Shown: positions 8,198 to 18,583, counted from the stretch's first letter. The stretch: 64,000 bases of DNA from Acutalibacteraceae bacterium (GCA_045544115.1 JAZPYI010000045.1:26850-90849); one strand, 5' to 3'. Translations and numbers: made by a program. The notes: a model not told the origin generated them from the sequence alone.

Positions 8198-8812
8198 ATG
8201 AAAAAGGTTTTATCACTTATCCTTGTTTTTGCAGCTGTAATGACTCTCTTCTGCTCATGCGGCGATAACAAATCAAAGCCCGTTGAATCCGGTGATTACA
8301 CTTATGTTGTTCTCGAGGATAACACCGCAAAAATCACAAAGTATAACGGCACGAATGATGTTGTTGAGCTTGATATTCCCTCATCATTTGAAGATATCAC
8401 AGTAACCGTTATCGGTGCGGAGGCTTTTGCGGGTGTTCAGACCATCACCGTTGTTAACTTCCCCAAAACCGTTACAAAGATAGAGGAAAGAGCCTTTGCC
8501 GGCAGCTCAATCAAGAAGGCATTCATGCACCGCTCATCAATCACGGAAATCGGTGCATACGCATTTTCGGAATGCAAAAATCTTGTTCAGACGGATATGC
8601 CCTCATCTCTTACCACTATCGGTGAAAAGGCTTATTACTATTGCGACAATCTTAAGGTAGCAACCTTCAGAGGCGACACGGCAAATATTGATAAGTTTGC
8701 ATTTGATGCCTGCCCCAAGGTAAAGCTCCATGTTAAAGACTCAATGCAGAACGTTATTAAGTTCGCAAATACATATAATCTCGAGCTTAATATAAATATT
8801 ACTCAAAAATAA
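8198..8812 (+). CDS. BspA-type leucine-rich-repeat lipoprotein
   Basis: Lipobox LFCSC; repeats VTKIEERAF, ITEIGAYAF, LTTIGEKAY. Confidence 0.8.
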   Translation: MKKVLSLILVFAAVMTLFCSCGDNKSKPVESGDYTYVVLEDNTAKITKYNGTNDVVELDIPSSFEDITVTVIGAEAFAGVQTITVVNFPKTVTKIEERAFAGSSIKKAFMHRSSITEIGAYAFSECKNLVQTDMPSSLTTIGEKAYYYCDNLKVATFRGDTANIDKFAFDACPKVKLHVKDSMQNVIKFANTYNLELNINITQK

Positions 8813-8846
8813 TAATTACAGCCGTCACATCATATTATTTTATGGG

Positions 8847-10190
8847 GTGACGGCTGTGTTTTTTGAAATTAATTCTGCAATAAGCTCCGTTATATGGGGA
8901 CCGCCGATGCTTGCGGTTTTCCTCGGTACGGGGCTTTTTTTATCAGCAAAAACAGGTTTTTATCAGATTTTCGGCATAGGCGACTGGCTAAAATCCACCA
9001 TAGGCACAGCATTCGGCAGCAAAAAAAGCAAAAAAGTGGCTGACGGTTCGGTTTCTCAGCTAGGTGCACTTTCCTCCGCGCTCGCCGCCTGTCTGGGTAC
9101 GGGCAACATTGTGGGAGTTGCTACGGCACTTTGCTCGGGAGGTGCGGGTTCGGTTTTCTGGATGTGCGTTTCCGCAATCCTCGGCATGATAACCTGCTGC
9201 TGCGAAAACATTCTCGGAATAAAATACCGTGTCAGGGATTCCCTCGGCAATTGGATAGGCGGTCCGATGCTCTACATAGAGCGGGGACTCGGAATGAAAA
9301 AGCTTGCCCGTGTTTATGCCGTTTTTCTCATAGGTGCATCCCTCGGAATGGGAAACATGACTCAGGCAAACTCCGTTGCGCAGGGACTTTCGGGCTTCGG
9401 AATCTCTCCGACGGTAACTGCGGTTATTCTCTCGGCACTGCTGATTGTTGCTGTTTCCGGCGGACTTAAACGCATAACGGCAATTTCACAAATGCTCATT
9501 CCCGTGCTTTCGGGAGCATTCATCCTCGCTTGCTTTTCAGTAATATTTGTAAACAGAGATAATCTTCTTCCAAGCCTTAAATATATTCTTTCCGAAGCAT
9601 TTTCGGTTAAAGCGGTTTCCGGATTCGGACTTGCAAAAGCAGCAAGATACGGCATATCAAGGGGAGTTTTTTCAAACGAAGCGGGACTCGGAAGCAGCGC
9701 AATTATCCATGCTTCAGCCGATTGCGAAAATGCGGGTGAACAGGGTAAATGGGGCATCCTCGAGGTTTTTATTGACACGGTTTTAATGTGCAGCATTACC
9801 GCCGCCGCAATTCTTACAAGCGGTGTTATGCAGGATAAAAGCCTTGAAGGTGTTGAGCTGTGCGCCGCTGTTTTTGAAAGTGTTTTCGGAAAGGCAGGCG
9901 GATATTTTTTGAACATATGCATATGCCTTTTTGCCTTTGCAACCCTCATTGCGTGGTCTTATTACGGCAAAACGGGAACACAGTATCTTTTCGGCGCAAG
10001 GAGCGGAAAAATATACAATGCCGTCTATGCTCTTGCGGCATTTATCGGCTGCACAATGAAGCTCGAGAGTGTGTGGAGCATTTCCGACACACTCAACGGA
10101 CTTATGGCTGTACCGAATATCTTTGCCCTTCTCTGCCTTTCAAAAGAAGCAATCGCAGAATTGAAGATTAAACGGCATATACGGGAATAA
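8847..10190 (+). CDS. alanine/glycine:cation symporter (AGCS family)
   Basis: GTGNIVGVA, GGAGSVFWM, GGPMLYIERG, RGVFSNEAGLGS motifs. Confidence 0.9.
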   Translation: MTAVFFEINSAISSVIWGPPMLAVFLGTGLFLSAKTGFYQIFGIGDWLKSTIGTAFGSKKSKKVADGSVSQLGALSSALAACLGTGNIVGVATALCSGGAGSVFWMCVSAILGMITCCCENILGIKYRVRDSLGNWIGGPMLYIERGLGMKKLARVYAVFLIGASLGMGNMTQANSVAQGLSGFGISPTVTAVILSALLIVAVSGGLKRITAISQMLIPVLSGAFILACFSVIFVNRDNLLPSLKYILSEAFSVKAVSGFGLAKAARYGISRGVFSNEAGLGSSAIIHASADCENAGEQGKWGILEVFIDTVLMCSITAAAILTSGVMQDKSLEGVELCAAVFESVFGKAGGYFLNICICLFAFATLIAWSYYGKTGTQYLFGARSGKIYNAVYALAAFIGCTMKLESVWSISDTLNGLMAVPNIFALLCLSKEAIAELKIKRHIRE

Positions 10191-10203
10191 TCCGTATATG
10201 CCG
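10174..10203. terminator. bidirectional terminator
   Basis: ggcatatacgg/ccgtatatgcc 11-bp IR between convergent genes. Confidence 0.65.
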
Positions 10204-10214
10204 TTTCCGACTGT

Positions 10215-11924
10215 TTATTGATTTTCTTCCTTTGCCGCTTCGTTGATATTATAGGTTATTCTGACATTTGCCGTTTTCTGAGCCTTAACAATCATGTTTT
10301 CATTGCGCTCGGGTTCATAATTTTTTTCAATGAAATCGTTATATTCACTCAAATAATCCTCAACACTCATATCGGTTCTGATTCTGACGTTCCAGTCAAA
10401 ATCCTCGGGATTATTGTGGCAGTAATAAACTATATATACCGTTGAGCCGTCATTGAACATATGCAGATCGCCCGGCTTGCGTTCGTCATCAAGAATCCAG
10501 CTGTTGACATAAAAGAACAAATCACCCGTACGGTAGGTTTTTTCAAAGCCGTAGCCCGTTTCGAGGCAAGCCTGTCTGAACTCATCCTCGGTCATATTCT
10601 GCGCAGCCCAGCCGTCATACATGGTCTGAATCTCCTGCGCCAGAGTGTTAAATTCTTCCTCGGTTGCACCCTCGGGATAAGTAAATTCATAGGTGATTAT
10701 ATCACAGCTTGTATCCAAAAATGCGGGAGTTTCGATATACACAAGGCACTCATAAAGCTGACCCTGAACAACCCCCACTTCTCCCGGAACACGGTCATCA
10801 CTGAATGCCCATTCGGCAACCTCATAGCCGAAGGTTTTGCCGATGTCGTCATATCCGTTGAAATGGCAGTTTGTCCTGTATTTTGCCACAAAATTAACAC
10901 CGGGATAATTTGACTGCGCAAAAGCAAGAAATTCATCCTCTGTTTTGATTTTGGAAACCTCTTCGGGGTCATATTCGTTTTCAATGGGATAAACTCTGGC
11001 TTTTACAACCTTATATTTCTTTTCATTCTCTTCAAGCTTACCGCGAACGGTATCCTCGGAATAGCTTTCATTAAGCTCCTGCGCTCTTTCGGTTTCATAT
11101 TTTTGCGCATATACCTGCATAATTTCTCTTGCGGCAAACATTGCATAGGTTGTTCCTGCACCGTAAGTATCCTGAATAATACCGTCAGCAGTCATCTCAC
11201 CGTCGGAATAATCGGCATACTCCTGAACCCTTCCGTAAGCAAGAGTTGTGTTGTATATTTCAGCTTCGGTAAGCTGTGTTCCGTTACGGACAGCCAAATC
11301 AAAGCTTGCATAATTCGTCTGAATGGCTTCAATTGCCTTCCTTGTAAAGTCCTCGGCAAAGGTATATTCACCGCTGATAACATTCTGTGCATCGGGAAGA
11401 ACCTTGGGGTCATATCCCGTCATGTTTGAGCCTCTCTGCTCGATAGAATATTGGATTTCATGCATCTGCAGACGGTACTGGTCGAGATAATACATAACAA
11501 ACTCACTTCTGGGTATATCTCTGTCACCGACACTTACCGCAACACCCTGACTTACACAGGCATTTTTGATATCAATCTCTGCCTGATTAAGTATTTCAAC
11601 AAATTCCGCAGGCATTTTTGTGCCGTTATAATCAACATAAGTATATTTTTCGCCTGCATTCGGTGTGTTTGTTACAATCGGCACGGTTGAAGGCTCTTTT
11701 CCCTTATCTATAGCAGGCTTTACAACAAAAATGCCGACAAGCACGGCAGCAACAACTACAATTGCAGCGGCTGCAATAATTATAGCCTTGCTTGATTTTT
11801 TCGGAGTTTTTCCCGCATTATCCTCGGGCAGCTTAACTTCCTTAAGCTCCTTCTTGGGCTTTTCCTCAGGCTTTGCAGACTTCGGAATCCTTTTAGGATT
11901 GGTTTTTTTGCTCATTTCAAACAA
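10215..11924 (-). CDS. membrane-anchored PrsA/SurA-like foldase-type protein
   Basis: Lys-rich N-tail, single TM, EFVMYY SurA-N-like segment, W.F...R.PG rotamase-like remnants. Confidence 0.45.
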   Translation of the reverse strand: MFEMSKKTNPKRIPKSAKPEEKPKKELKEVKLPEDNAGKTPKKSSKAIIIAAAAIVVVAAVLVGIFVVKPAIDKGKEPSTVPIVTNTPNAGEKYTYVDYNGTKMPAEFVEILNQAEIDIKNACVSQGVAVSVGDRDIPRSEFVMYYLDQYRLQMHEIQYSIEQRGSNMTGYDPKVLPDAQNVISGEYTFAEDFTRKAIEAIQTNYASFDLAVRNGTQLTEAEIYNTTLAYGRVQEYADYSDGEMTADGIIQDTYGAGTTYAMFAAREIMQVYAQKYETERAQELNESYSEDTVRGKLEENEKKYKVVKARVYPIENEYDPEEVSKIKTEDEFLAFAQSNYPGVNFVAKYRTNCHFNGYDDIGKTFGYEVAEWAFSDDRVPGEVGVVQGQLYECLVYIETPAFLDTSCDIITYEFTYPEGATEEEFNTLAQEIQTMYDGWAAQNMTEDEFRQACLETGYGFEKTYRTGDLFFYVNSWILDDERKPGDLHMFNDGSTVYIVYYCHNNPEDFDWNVRIRTDMSVEDYLSEYNDFIEKNYEPERNENMIVKAQKTANVRITYNINEAAKEENQ

Positions 11925-11935
11925 CTCTCCTTGGG

Positions 11936-12115
11936 TCAGTTTTGTTTTCTCACTACTTTATATTCATCATACGGATTGTAGTAGGGGCATTCAAATTCGC
12001 CGCCCTGCATAAATCTGTAAAGCTCGTCCTCATCGAGATTAACGAGGCATTCATAGCACTCATAATCCTCATTATAGTCATAATGAGCGCAGTTTTCACA
12101 GATGGATACTGCCAT
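11936..12115 (-). CDS. small Cys-rich protein (DUF6472-like), not in ORF track
   Basis: MAVSICENCAHYDYNEDYECYECLVNLDEDELYRFMQGGEFECPYYNPYDEYKVVRKQN, with gaggt RBS. Confidence 0.75.
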   Translation of the reverse strand: MAVSICENCAHYDYNEDYECYECLVNLDEDELYRFMQGGEFECPYYNPYDEYKVVRKQN

Positions 12116-12124
12116 AATACCACC

Positions 12125-12625
12125 TCAATAAATGGGAATGATAATTTCTTTTTCGGTTTTTCTTATGCCGTCGGTGCCGATATCGCGCAGATGCGGTGCA
12201 AAAAACATTCCCGGCGCCCTTCCCGAGGGATAAAGCTCAAGCAGCGGTGCCATAACGAATGCTCTTTCAAGAACTCTCGGATGCGGAAGAGTAAGCTCAA
12301 AGCTTTCCGTCTTAAAACCGTCATAAAGAATGAGGTCAAGGTCTATTATTCTCGGCGCATTCTTCTTTGTTCTCACTCTGCCCATAGCCGCCTCTATTCC
12401 GAGGCATTCACCGAGAAGCATGGCAGGCGAGATATTTGCATCAACAAGTATCGCCGCATTAAGATACATATCATCCTCTTCGCAGTCAACGGGTTCTGTT
12501 TCGTAAACACTCGATGCCTTGATAATCTTAACATCGGGCAGCTTTGCGATTGCCCTTACGGCAGCATTGAGGTTTTCAATTCTGTTGCCCATGTTTGAAC
12601 CCAGAGCAATTACCGCTTCACTCAT
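12125..12625 (-). CDS. folK: 2-amino-4-hydroxy-6-hydroxymethyldihydropteridine diphosphokinase
   Basis: ALGSNMG, PRIIDLDLIL, PHPR..ERAFV. Confidence 0.95.
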   Translation of the reverse strand: MSEAVIALGSNMGNRIENLNAAVRAIAKLPDVKIIKASSVYETEPVDCEEDDMYLNAAILVDANISPAMLLGECLGIEAAMGRVRTKKNAPRIIDLDLILYDGFKTESFELTLPHPRVLERAFVMAPLLELYPSGRAPGMFFAPHLRDIGTDGIRKTEKEIIIPIY

Positions 12626-13001
12626 TGTTTTCAGCCCTTTCTCTGAATATTTCTACTCCGACATATTCAAAATCCGCTTTTATCGGTGCTTCGGGTTTTT
12701 TGAGAAGAATGCGAAGCTTCTGTATTTTTCCGAAGGCTTCAAACAGCCCGTCGGCAACCCTTTGCGCCGCTTTTTCAAGCAAATCATCCTTTTGCTGCGT
12801 GAATATACGAACGGTTTCTTTTATTATTTTTGCATAGCTTACCGTATCGTCAACATTATCGCTGACGCAAGGTATACCAAGATCAACATACGCATCTATA
12901 TCAAAAACAAAATTCTGACCTTCCTCTTTTTCCTCGGGATTTACCCCGTGGTAAGCAAAAATTTTAAGGTTCTTTACGATAATTTTATCCATATTAAACA
13001 T
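12618..13001 (-). CDS. folB: dihydroneopterin aldolase
   Basis: YHGV..EE...GQ.F, LLE, KPEAPI motifs; between folP and folK. Confidence 0.93.
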   Translation of the reverse strand: MFNMDKIIVKNLKIFAYHGVNPEEKEEGQNFVFDIDAYVDLGIPCVSDNVDDTVSYAKIIKETVRIFTQQKDDLLEKAAQRVADGLFEAFGKIQKLRILLKKPEAPIKADFEYVGVEIFRERAENNE

Positions 13002-13828
13002 TATGCCTTTCTGTAAAGTTCATCAGCAACTCTTGCACCCTGAACACCCGAAAAAACATCGTGGACACGGATTATATCCGCGCCTCCCGCAATTGCCGCA
13101 GTATGCGCAGCAACGGTTCCCGAATCACGCATGGCTGCATTTTCCTCGCCGCTTGCCGTTCCGATAAATCTTTTTCTTGATGCCGCCGCAAGAAGAGCAA
13201 CACCCTTGAATTTAAGCCATTGAAGATTGCAGAGAATTTCAAGATTATCCTCATACGTTTTACCGAAGCCGAAGCCGGGGTCGAGGCAGAGCTGCTCCTT
13301 AGGCAAGCCGAATTTTGCCGCAAGCTCTATCACATCAACAAAAAACTTTCTCAATTCGGCAACCGCACCCTCGGGATATTCCGAAGCTGCCGCAGAACCG
13401 CAGGGATTATGCATAACAATGTATCCCGCGCCGTATTTTGCCGCAAGCTTTGCGGTTTCAGGATTAAAAACCCCGCTTACATCATTGATTATATCCGCTC
13501 CCGCTTTAAGAGCAGCCTCGGCACACGAGGGATAAAACGTATCAACGGATACCGCCGCCGTTACCTTTCCGCATATCGCTTCAAGCACGGGTACCAGCCT
13601 TTCTTTTTCCTGAGCCGCTCCGAGAATAACCGCATCGGGTCGGGTTGAATTTGCCCCGATATCAATTATATCTGCGCCCTGCTCCTGCATTTTCATGGCA
13701 TGCTCAAGAGCCTTTTCGGGGGTAAAATAAAGTCCGCCGTCTGAAAATGAATCGGGTGTATAGTTAAGAATCCCCATAACATAGGTTTTTTTGCCTAAAG
13801 GAAATTCGTACCTTCCTGCCTTAAACAT
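13001..13828 (-). CDS. folP: dihydropteroate synthase
   Basis: MGILNYTPDSFSDGG, IINDVSG, DPGFGF, SRKRF, IRVHDV; start moved to ATG 13828 overlapping folE stop. Confidence 0.95.
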   Translation of the reverse strand: MFKAGRYEFPLGKKTYVMGILNYTPDSFSDGGLYFTPEKALEHAMKMQEQGADIIDIGANSTRPDAVILGAAQEKERLVPVLEAICGKVTAAVSVDTFYPSCAEAALKAGADIINDVSGVFNPETAKLAAKYGAGYIVMHNPCGSAAASEYPEGAVAELRKFFVDVIELAAKFGLPKEQLCLDPGFGFGKTYEDNLEILCNLQWLKFKGVALLAAASRKRFIGTASGEENAAMRDSGTVAAHTAAIAGGADIIRVHDVFSGVQGARVADELYRKA

Positions 13829-14391
13829 TATCTGCCTCCCGTCAGAAGCGAAATTGCTTCTGCTCTTGTTTTTGCATTGCTTCTCATTGTACCTCTGAGT
13901 GCTGAGGTGCGTGTCTGTGCACCTGAAGCTCTTGCGCCTCGCATAGTCATGCAAAGATGCTCCGCTTCGATAACAACCGCGACTCCGAGGGGATCAAGGT
14001 TTTCTTCAAGAAAATCTGCAATCTGTGCCGTAAGCCTTTCCTGAAGCTGAGGCTTTTTTGCAAAGCAGTCAACAATTCTTGCAAGCTTTGAAAGACCGAT
14101 AACCTTGCCGTCCGAAGGAAGATAAGCAATATGAGCCTTGCCCATAAACGGTATGAGATGATGCTCACACATTGAATAAAGAGGGATATCCCTCACAACT
14201 ACCATTTCCTCGTTGCCTGTTTCATTGAAAAGCTTAAGATGTCTTTCGGGATTATCCTCAAGACCCGAAAAAATCTCCTCATACATTCTGGCAACTCTTG
14301 ACGGTGTTTCAACAAGACCCTCTCTGTCGGGGTCCTCACCTATGGCGATGAGAATTTCTCTGACCGCCGCCTCTATTCTTGCTTTATCCAT
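13828..14391 (-). CDS. folE: GTP cyclohydrolase I
   Basis: CEHH, GLSKLAR, QERLT, EHLCM motifs. Confidence 0.96.
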   Translation of the reverse strand: MDKARIEAAVREILIAIGEDPDREGLVETPSRVARMYEEIFSGLEDNPERHLKLFNETGNEEMVVVRDIPLYSMCEHHLIPFMGKAHIAYLPSDGKVIGLSKLARIVDCFAKKPQLQERLTAQIADFLEENLDPLGVAVVIEAEHLCMTMRGARASGAQTRTSALRGTMRSNAKTRAEAISLLTGGR

Positions 14392-14410
14392 TTTGTATGC
14401 CGCCTTTCAG

Positions 14411-15577
14411 TTAGTTTGTTTCAACAACGAGTGTCAGCAAAAGCTGACCTGAATCTTTATAGTAGGAAAGTGAATCCGTTGAGAACTTCACCTTTGTTTT
14501 TCCCTTTACGGATTTTAGCACATTGTAAAGCCTGCCCGAGTCTATAAGCTCGGAAACGGCTTCTTTATAAGCTGATTTGCTTCCGAAACGAAGCTGAATA
14601 ACTCTTCCGCCGCTGTTAAGCTCGTTTGCAATAATTGCGCTGAGCTTGCTCTCATCGCTTCGGTCATAGGTTTCAAAAAAGCTTCCCGTTTTCAAATAAT
14701 AATTCTCTGCCGTTGCGGTGCAGTTGAAATCATATGAAAAATCGCTGTGAGTTGCGGAAATCATTTCATCGTTCAGATTGAAATAAGAATACATAACCAT
14801 TTCTTTCCCGCTCTCACTTACGGGATCATCCCAGGTGCAGTCAAGATAATAAAAATCGCCGTTGACCTTAACTGCATTCCACATATGAGGTCCTTCGGGG
14901 TCATCGGAATTGTCGGAAATTCCGCTTACAACCGCACTTTCCATGCCTGCCATATCAAAAAGCAGCTTTGCAGCCTTTGAATACCCCTCACATGCCGCTT
15001 CTCCGTTCACAAGAGCGCCATATGCCGAGGAATAAACAAACTCGCCCTTTTCAAGACGGTAAGCACAGTTTTTAACTATATAATCGTGAATTTCAAGCTC
15101 GGTACGAAATTCATCCTCCGGAGCAGTAAGCGAAGCCATAACCTCTCTGCAAACCTTTTCCAGTTCCGCCTTCTGATTGAGGTAGGTTTCGTTATCAATA
15201 TAATACTCCACGGCGCAGTAGGTGGAAAGTCCCTTAGCTGTTAAGGTGCATCTTCTGCCGACAAAAAACAAATCGGGGTTATCTGAAAGCAGAGCCGAGA
15301 AGATTTTGTCAAGCTGCTCACCGTTGATATCGGGTATTCTGACCTTTTCGGGCATAGAGTAAATGCTTGAAAGAATCTCATTATATGCATGCTTTTCGAT
15401 ATCGTCAAGCTCCTCATAATAGAATTTATACGGACTTCCGACATCGGTAAGCTTTTCGGGAATTTTATCCCTCCACGGGTCGGCTGTATCTATAACGGTG
15501 TTTGCGATATGAACACCGATAACAAGTGCAATAACGCACAGCGCCGCTTTAAATAAAAGAGAAACAAGCCTTTTCAT
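14411..15577 (-). CDS. exported transglutaminase-like domain protein
   Basis: N-terminal TM; intact Cys-His-Asp triad (ACEGYS, HMWN, YLDCTWDD). Confidence 0.85.
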   Translation of the reverse strand: MKRLVSLLFKAALCVIALVIGVHIANTVIDTADPWRDKIPEKLTDVGSPYKFYYEELDDIEKHAYNEILSSIYSMPEKVRIPDINGEQLDKIFSALLSDNPDLFFVGRRCTLTAKGLSTYCAVEYYIDNETYLNQKAELEKVCREVMASLTAPEDEFRTELEIHDYIVKNCAYRLEKGEFVYSSAYGALVNGEAACEGYSKAAKLLFDMAGMESAVVSGISDNSDDPEGPHMWNAVKVNGDFYYLDCTWDDPVSESGKEMVMYSYFNLNDEMISATHSDFSYDFNCTATAENYYLKTGSFFETYDRSDESKLSAIIANELNSGGRVIQLRFGSKSAYKEAVSELIDSGRLYNVLKSVKGKTKVKFSTDSLSYYKDSGQLLLTLVVETN

Positions 15578-15591
15578 ATCGCAGACCTTTC

Positions 15592-16464
15592 TTATTTTTC
15601 AAGCTCATCGGGCAAGTCTACGGTTGAGATTGCATCAAAGCCGTTTTCGCAAAGTATTTTTATTGCTTTCTCTGCCGATGAATAATCAACAATCGTTATA
15701 TCTGTGTTAAGTGTGTTTGAAATTTTGGCAAAAACGGAATCCGTTTTTCCTGCTCTTGAAGGCTTAAAAACTCCCTTAAGGATATCACCCATAACAAGAG
15801 CCTGAGATGCATTACCCTTAGTGCCGAGGGTATCAAGATAGCAGAGATACTTAAAAAGAGAATCGCCCTTAAGATTCTGCTTTCCCTTTACGAGAATGAG
15901 AGTCAAACCCTCATTTCTGTATTCAACCTGCTCCGGCACGGTTATTTCGGCTCCTCCGAGATAATTTATCATGGTTTTGAAATCGGTTTCGTCGGAGCTT
16001 ATGTAGCCGTCAATCTTTGAACCGAAGGTTGATTCCACAGCATCAACAAACTCCGCATCGCCCGTTACGGAAAGCACATTTTCTATACTCGACACCGTAC
16101 CGTTATAATTTACAAGGGTTTCGGGAGGCACCGTGCATACCGTAGCCCTTCTTTCGGGCATTTTTATGTTGACAAGCCACGCAAAATGCAGACTATCTCT
16201 GCTCTCACTCGCACACCAGAAAAAATAGGTTTTATCGGCATGAATATCGGGAATCCCCGAAGATTCAACCTCGGTGGTAAGCTCGGTTTTTGCCTCGCCG
16301 CTTATTGCCCGCTTAACATCAAAGTCATATTTTTTCAGAATTGCAAGGATTGATATTGCAAGCACCGTAAAAACGCAGGCAAAGAATACGATAAAAAACT
16401 TTTTTGTTTCCTCGTTCATCCTGCCGCCTCTGGTGCGAAAATCTATATTTTTTCTTTTTTTCAT
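15592..16464 (-). CDS. LCP (LytR-CpsA-Psr) family protein, catalytically degenerate
   Basis: TM then LCP-fold segments (VPPETLV, IDGY, F..MINYLGGAEITVP, KGKQNLKG); alternative start at 16419. Confidence 0.75.
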   Translation of the reverse strand: MKKRKNIDFRTRGGRMNEETKKFFIVFFACVFTVLAISILAILKKYDFDVKRAISGEAKTELTTEVESSGIPDIHADKTYFFWCASESRDSLHFAWLVNIKMPERRATVCTVPPETLVNYNGTVSSIENVLSVTGDAEFVDAVESTFGSKIDGYISSDETDFKTMINYLGGAEITVPEQVEYRNEGLTLILVKGKQNLKGDSLFKYLCYLDTLGTKGNASQALVMGDILKGVFKPSRAGKTDSVFAKISNTLNTDITIVDYSSAEKAIKILCENGFDAISTVDLPDELEK

Positions 16465-16471
16465 TATTGCT

Positions 16472-18325
16472 TCACCGCTTAATCAATATTGCCGCAGTTT
16501 CTTTTTCAAGATAAAGCTCTCTGCCCGTAACCGTACCGCCGCAAAGAACCTCATAGCCCTCCTCGGGAAGAATATATACTATCGAATGACCGTTTCGGTT
16601 TGCAACGGTCATTATTCTCTCACCGTTTCCGCTTCTTTCATAAGCAACACAGCCGAGAGTTGAGGAAACGGGTATGAAATCGCCGTCCCTGAAAACGGGA
16701 TGCTCCGCTCTGATTTTTCCGAGAGTCTTATAATATTCAATCAGCTCATTATCCTCATTTCCCCAAGGATAACAGCCTCTGTTATACGGATCCTCACCGC
16801 CGTCAAGACCTGCCTCGTCACCGTAGTATATACACGGAACACCGGGCAGAGTGAACTGCATTGCCGCAACAAGACGCAGAAGTCTTTTACCGATATCCTT
16901 CTGTTCATCGTTAAGACCTCCGGAATATCTTCCGCCGCAGCCGTTTCTGTAATTACCGAGGGTTGCAAGGCGGTTAAGTACACGGCAGGTATCGTGGGTA
17001 CCGATATGATTCATAAGGCAGTCAACGGCAGGCTTCGGATAATTTTCGCAAATCTCTGCAATCTTATCGTTAAAGCCCTCCGCATTCGCCGTAATCGCAA
17101 AATCAATAAGACAGTCGGCAAAGGGATAATTCATAACAGAATCAAGCTGACCGCCTAAAAGATAAGGTCGTCTTTTTCCGTAGCTTATTTTATTTGATGC
17201 ATCCTCCCATACCTCGCCGAGAATATATGCCTCGCTGTTTTCAGCCTTTACGGCATTTCGGAGTGCATCAAGGAATTTATCGGGCAGCTCATCCGCAACA
17301 TCAAGCCTCCAGCCGCTTGCGCCCGCCTTGAGCCATCTTCGCAGAATGCCGTTTTCGCCCGCCATATATTCAATATATCCGTCGTTTTCCTCGTTAATTT
17401 CAGGCAGGATATCAACACCCCACCAGCTTTCGTAATCATCGGGATATTCTCTGAATTTATACCAACCGTAATACGTTGATTCCTTGCTGTTATATGCACC
17501 GACGGTATCATATCTTTTTTCTTTGTTAAAATATATACTGTCCGACCCTGTATGGCTGAATACACCGTCAAGAATAATTTTTATTCCTTTTTTCTCTGCC
17601 ACCCTGCAAAGTGACGAAAACTGCTTCTCCGTGCCGAGCAAGGGGTCTGTTTTTTCATAATTTGCCGTATCGTAACGGTGATTTGAATGAGCCTCAAAAA
17701 TCGGGTTGAGATATATGCAGCCGACACCGAGGGATTTAATATAATCAAGCTTTTGCTCTATTCCCTTGAAATCGCCGCCGAAAAAATCATATTTTGTTAT
17801 TCTTCCCTCGCTGTCAGGCTCCCAATTCGGAATGCCGCCCCAGTCCGAACGCATAATTCTTTCAGGGGGAATATTCCTCTTTTTGGTTCCCGAGGAAGCA
17901 AATCTGTCGGGAAAAATCTGATAAATAACAGAGCCCTTTATCCAGTCGGGAGTTGTAAACTCCTTTGAATAAACGGTGAGCTGGAAGCTTGTGCCGTCGG
18001 GTGAAATTCTGCCCGTTGAGCCGTCAAAGCGGGTAATTATGCTTCCGCCGTCCCATCTCGCAACCGCAAAATGATACCAGTAAAGACCGCATTTTTCAGG
18101 GATAAAGGTGACTCTCCACCATTCCTCGCTGTCACCCTCCATGCGTTCCCATGACATGGGATAAAGGCATCTCTCGCCGCTGTCACTTGTTAAAATAAGG
18201 CTTGCGCCCGTGCAGCAGTAGCTTCGGGGCATAACTATTCTGAATGTTACCTCTTCGCCCTCACAAACTGCTCCGAAAGGGCTTTTATGGTAGCTTAATC
18301 TTGAGTTATAGGGTATAAAATTCAT
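16472..18325 (-). CDS. GH13 glycosidase (neopullulanase/cyclomaltodextrinase-like)
   Basis: YQIFPDRF, DGVFSH, WRLDVADE, GEVWED, GTHDT catalytic regions. Confidence 0.92.
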   Translation of the reverse strand: MNFIPYNSRLSYHKSPFGAVCEGEEVTFRIVMPRSYCCTGASLILTSDSGERCLYPMSWERMEGDSEEWWRVTFIPEKCGLYWYHFAVARWDGGSIITRFDGSTGRISPDGTSFQLTVYSKEFTTPDWIKGSVIYQIFPDRFASSGTKKRNIPPERIMRSDWGGIPNWEPDSEGRITKYDFFGGDFKGIEQKLDYIKSLGVGCIYLNPIFEAHSNHRYDTANYEKTDPLLGTEKQFSSLCRVAEKKGIKIILDGVFSHTGSDSIYFNKEKRYDTVGAYNSKESTYYGWYKFREYPDDYESWWGVDILPEINEENDGYIEYMAGENGILRRWLKAGASGWRLDVADELPDKFLDALRNAVKAENSEAYILGEVWEDASNKISYGKRRPYLLGGQLDSVMNYPFADCLIDFAITANAEGFNDKIAEICENYPKPAVDCLMNHIGTHDTCRVLNRLATLGNYRNGCGGRYSGGLNDEQKDIGKRLLRLVAAMQFTLPGVPCIYYGDEAGLDGGEDPYNRGCYPWGNEDNELIEYYKTLGKIRAEHPVFRDGDFIPVSSTLGCVAYERSGNGERIMTVANRNGHSIVYILPEEGYEVLCGGTVTGRELYLEKETAAILIKR

Positions 18326-18349
18326 GTGATGTTTCCTTAAAACAAATTA

Positions 18350-18583
18350 TTAAACCACGGGCTGATACGGAAGCTCGGTTATTTTAATAAGAACATCCGT
18401 AAAAAAATATCCCGTGCCGATAAGGGCAAGTATTCCTGCTGTGAGAAGCACCGCGGATATGATTCTCTTTGCCCTGACTCTTTCCTCATAGGTAGGTCCC
18501 GTTCCGAAGCGGGCTGCAAAATCGGTTATGCTCTTTCGCTCGGAGGGCTTGAGGGTTTTTTCTATTTTTCCCTTTTTAGGCAT
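18350..18583 (-). CDS. small single-TM hypothetical protein
   Basis: 77 aa, aggagg RBS, basic N-terminus and one hydrophobic helix. Confidence 0.7.
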   Translation of the reverse strand: MPKKGKIEKTLKPSERKSITDFAARFGTGPTYEERVRAKRIISAVLLTAGILALIGTGYFFTDVLIKITELPYQPVV

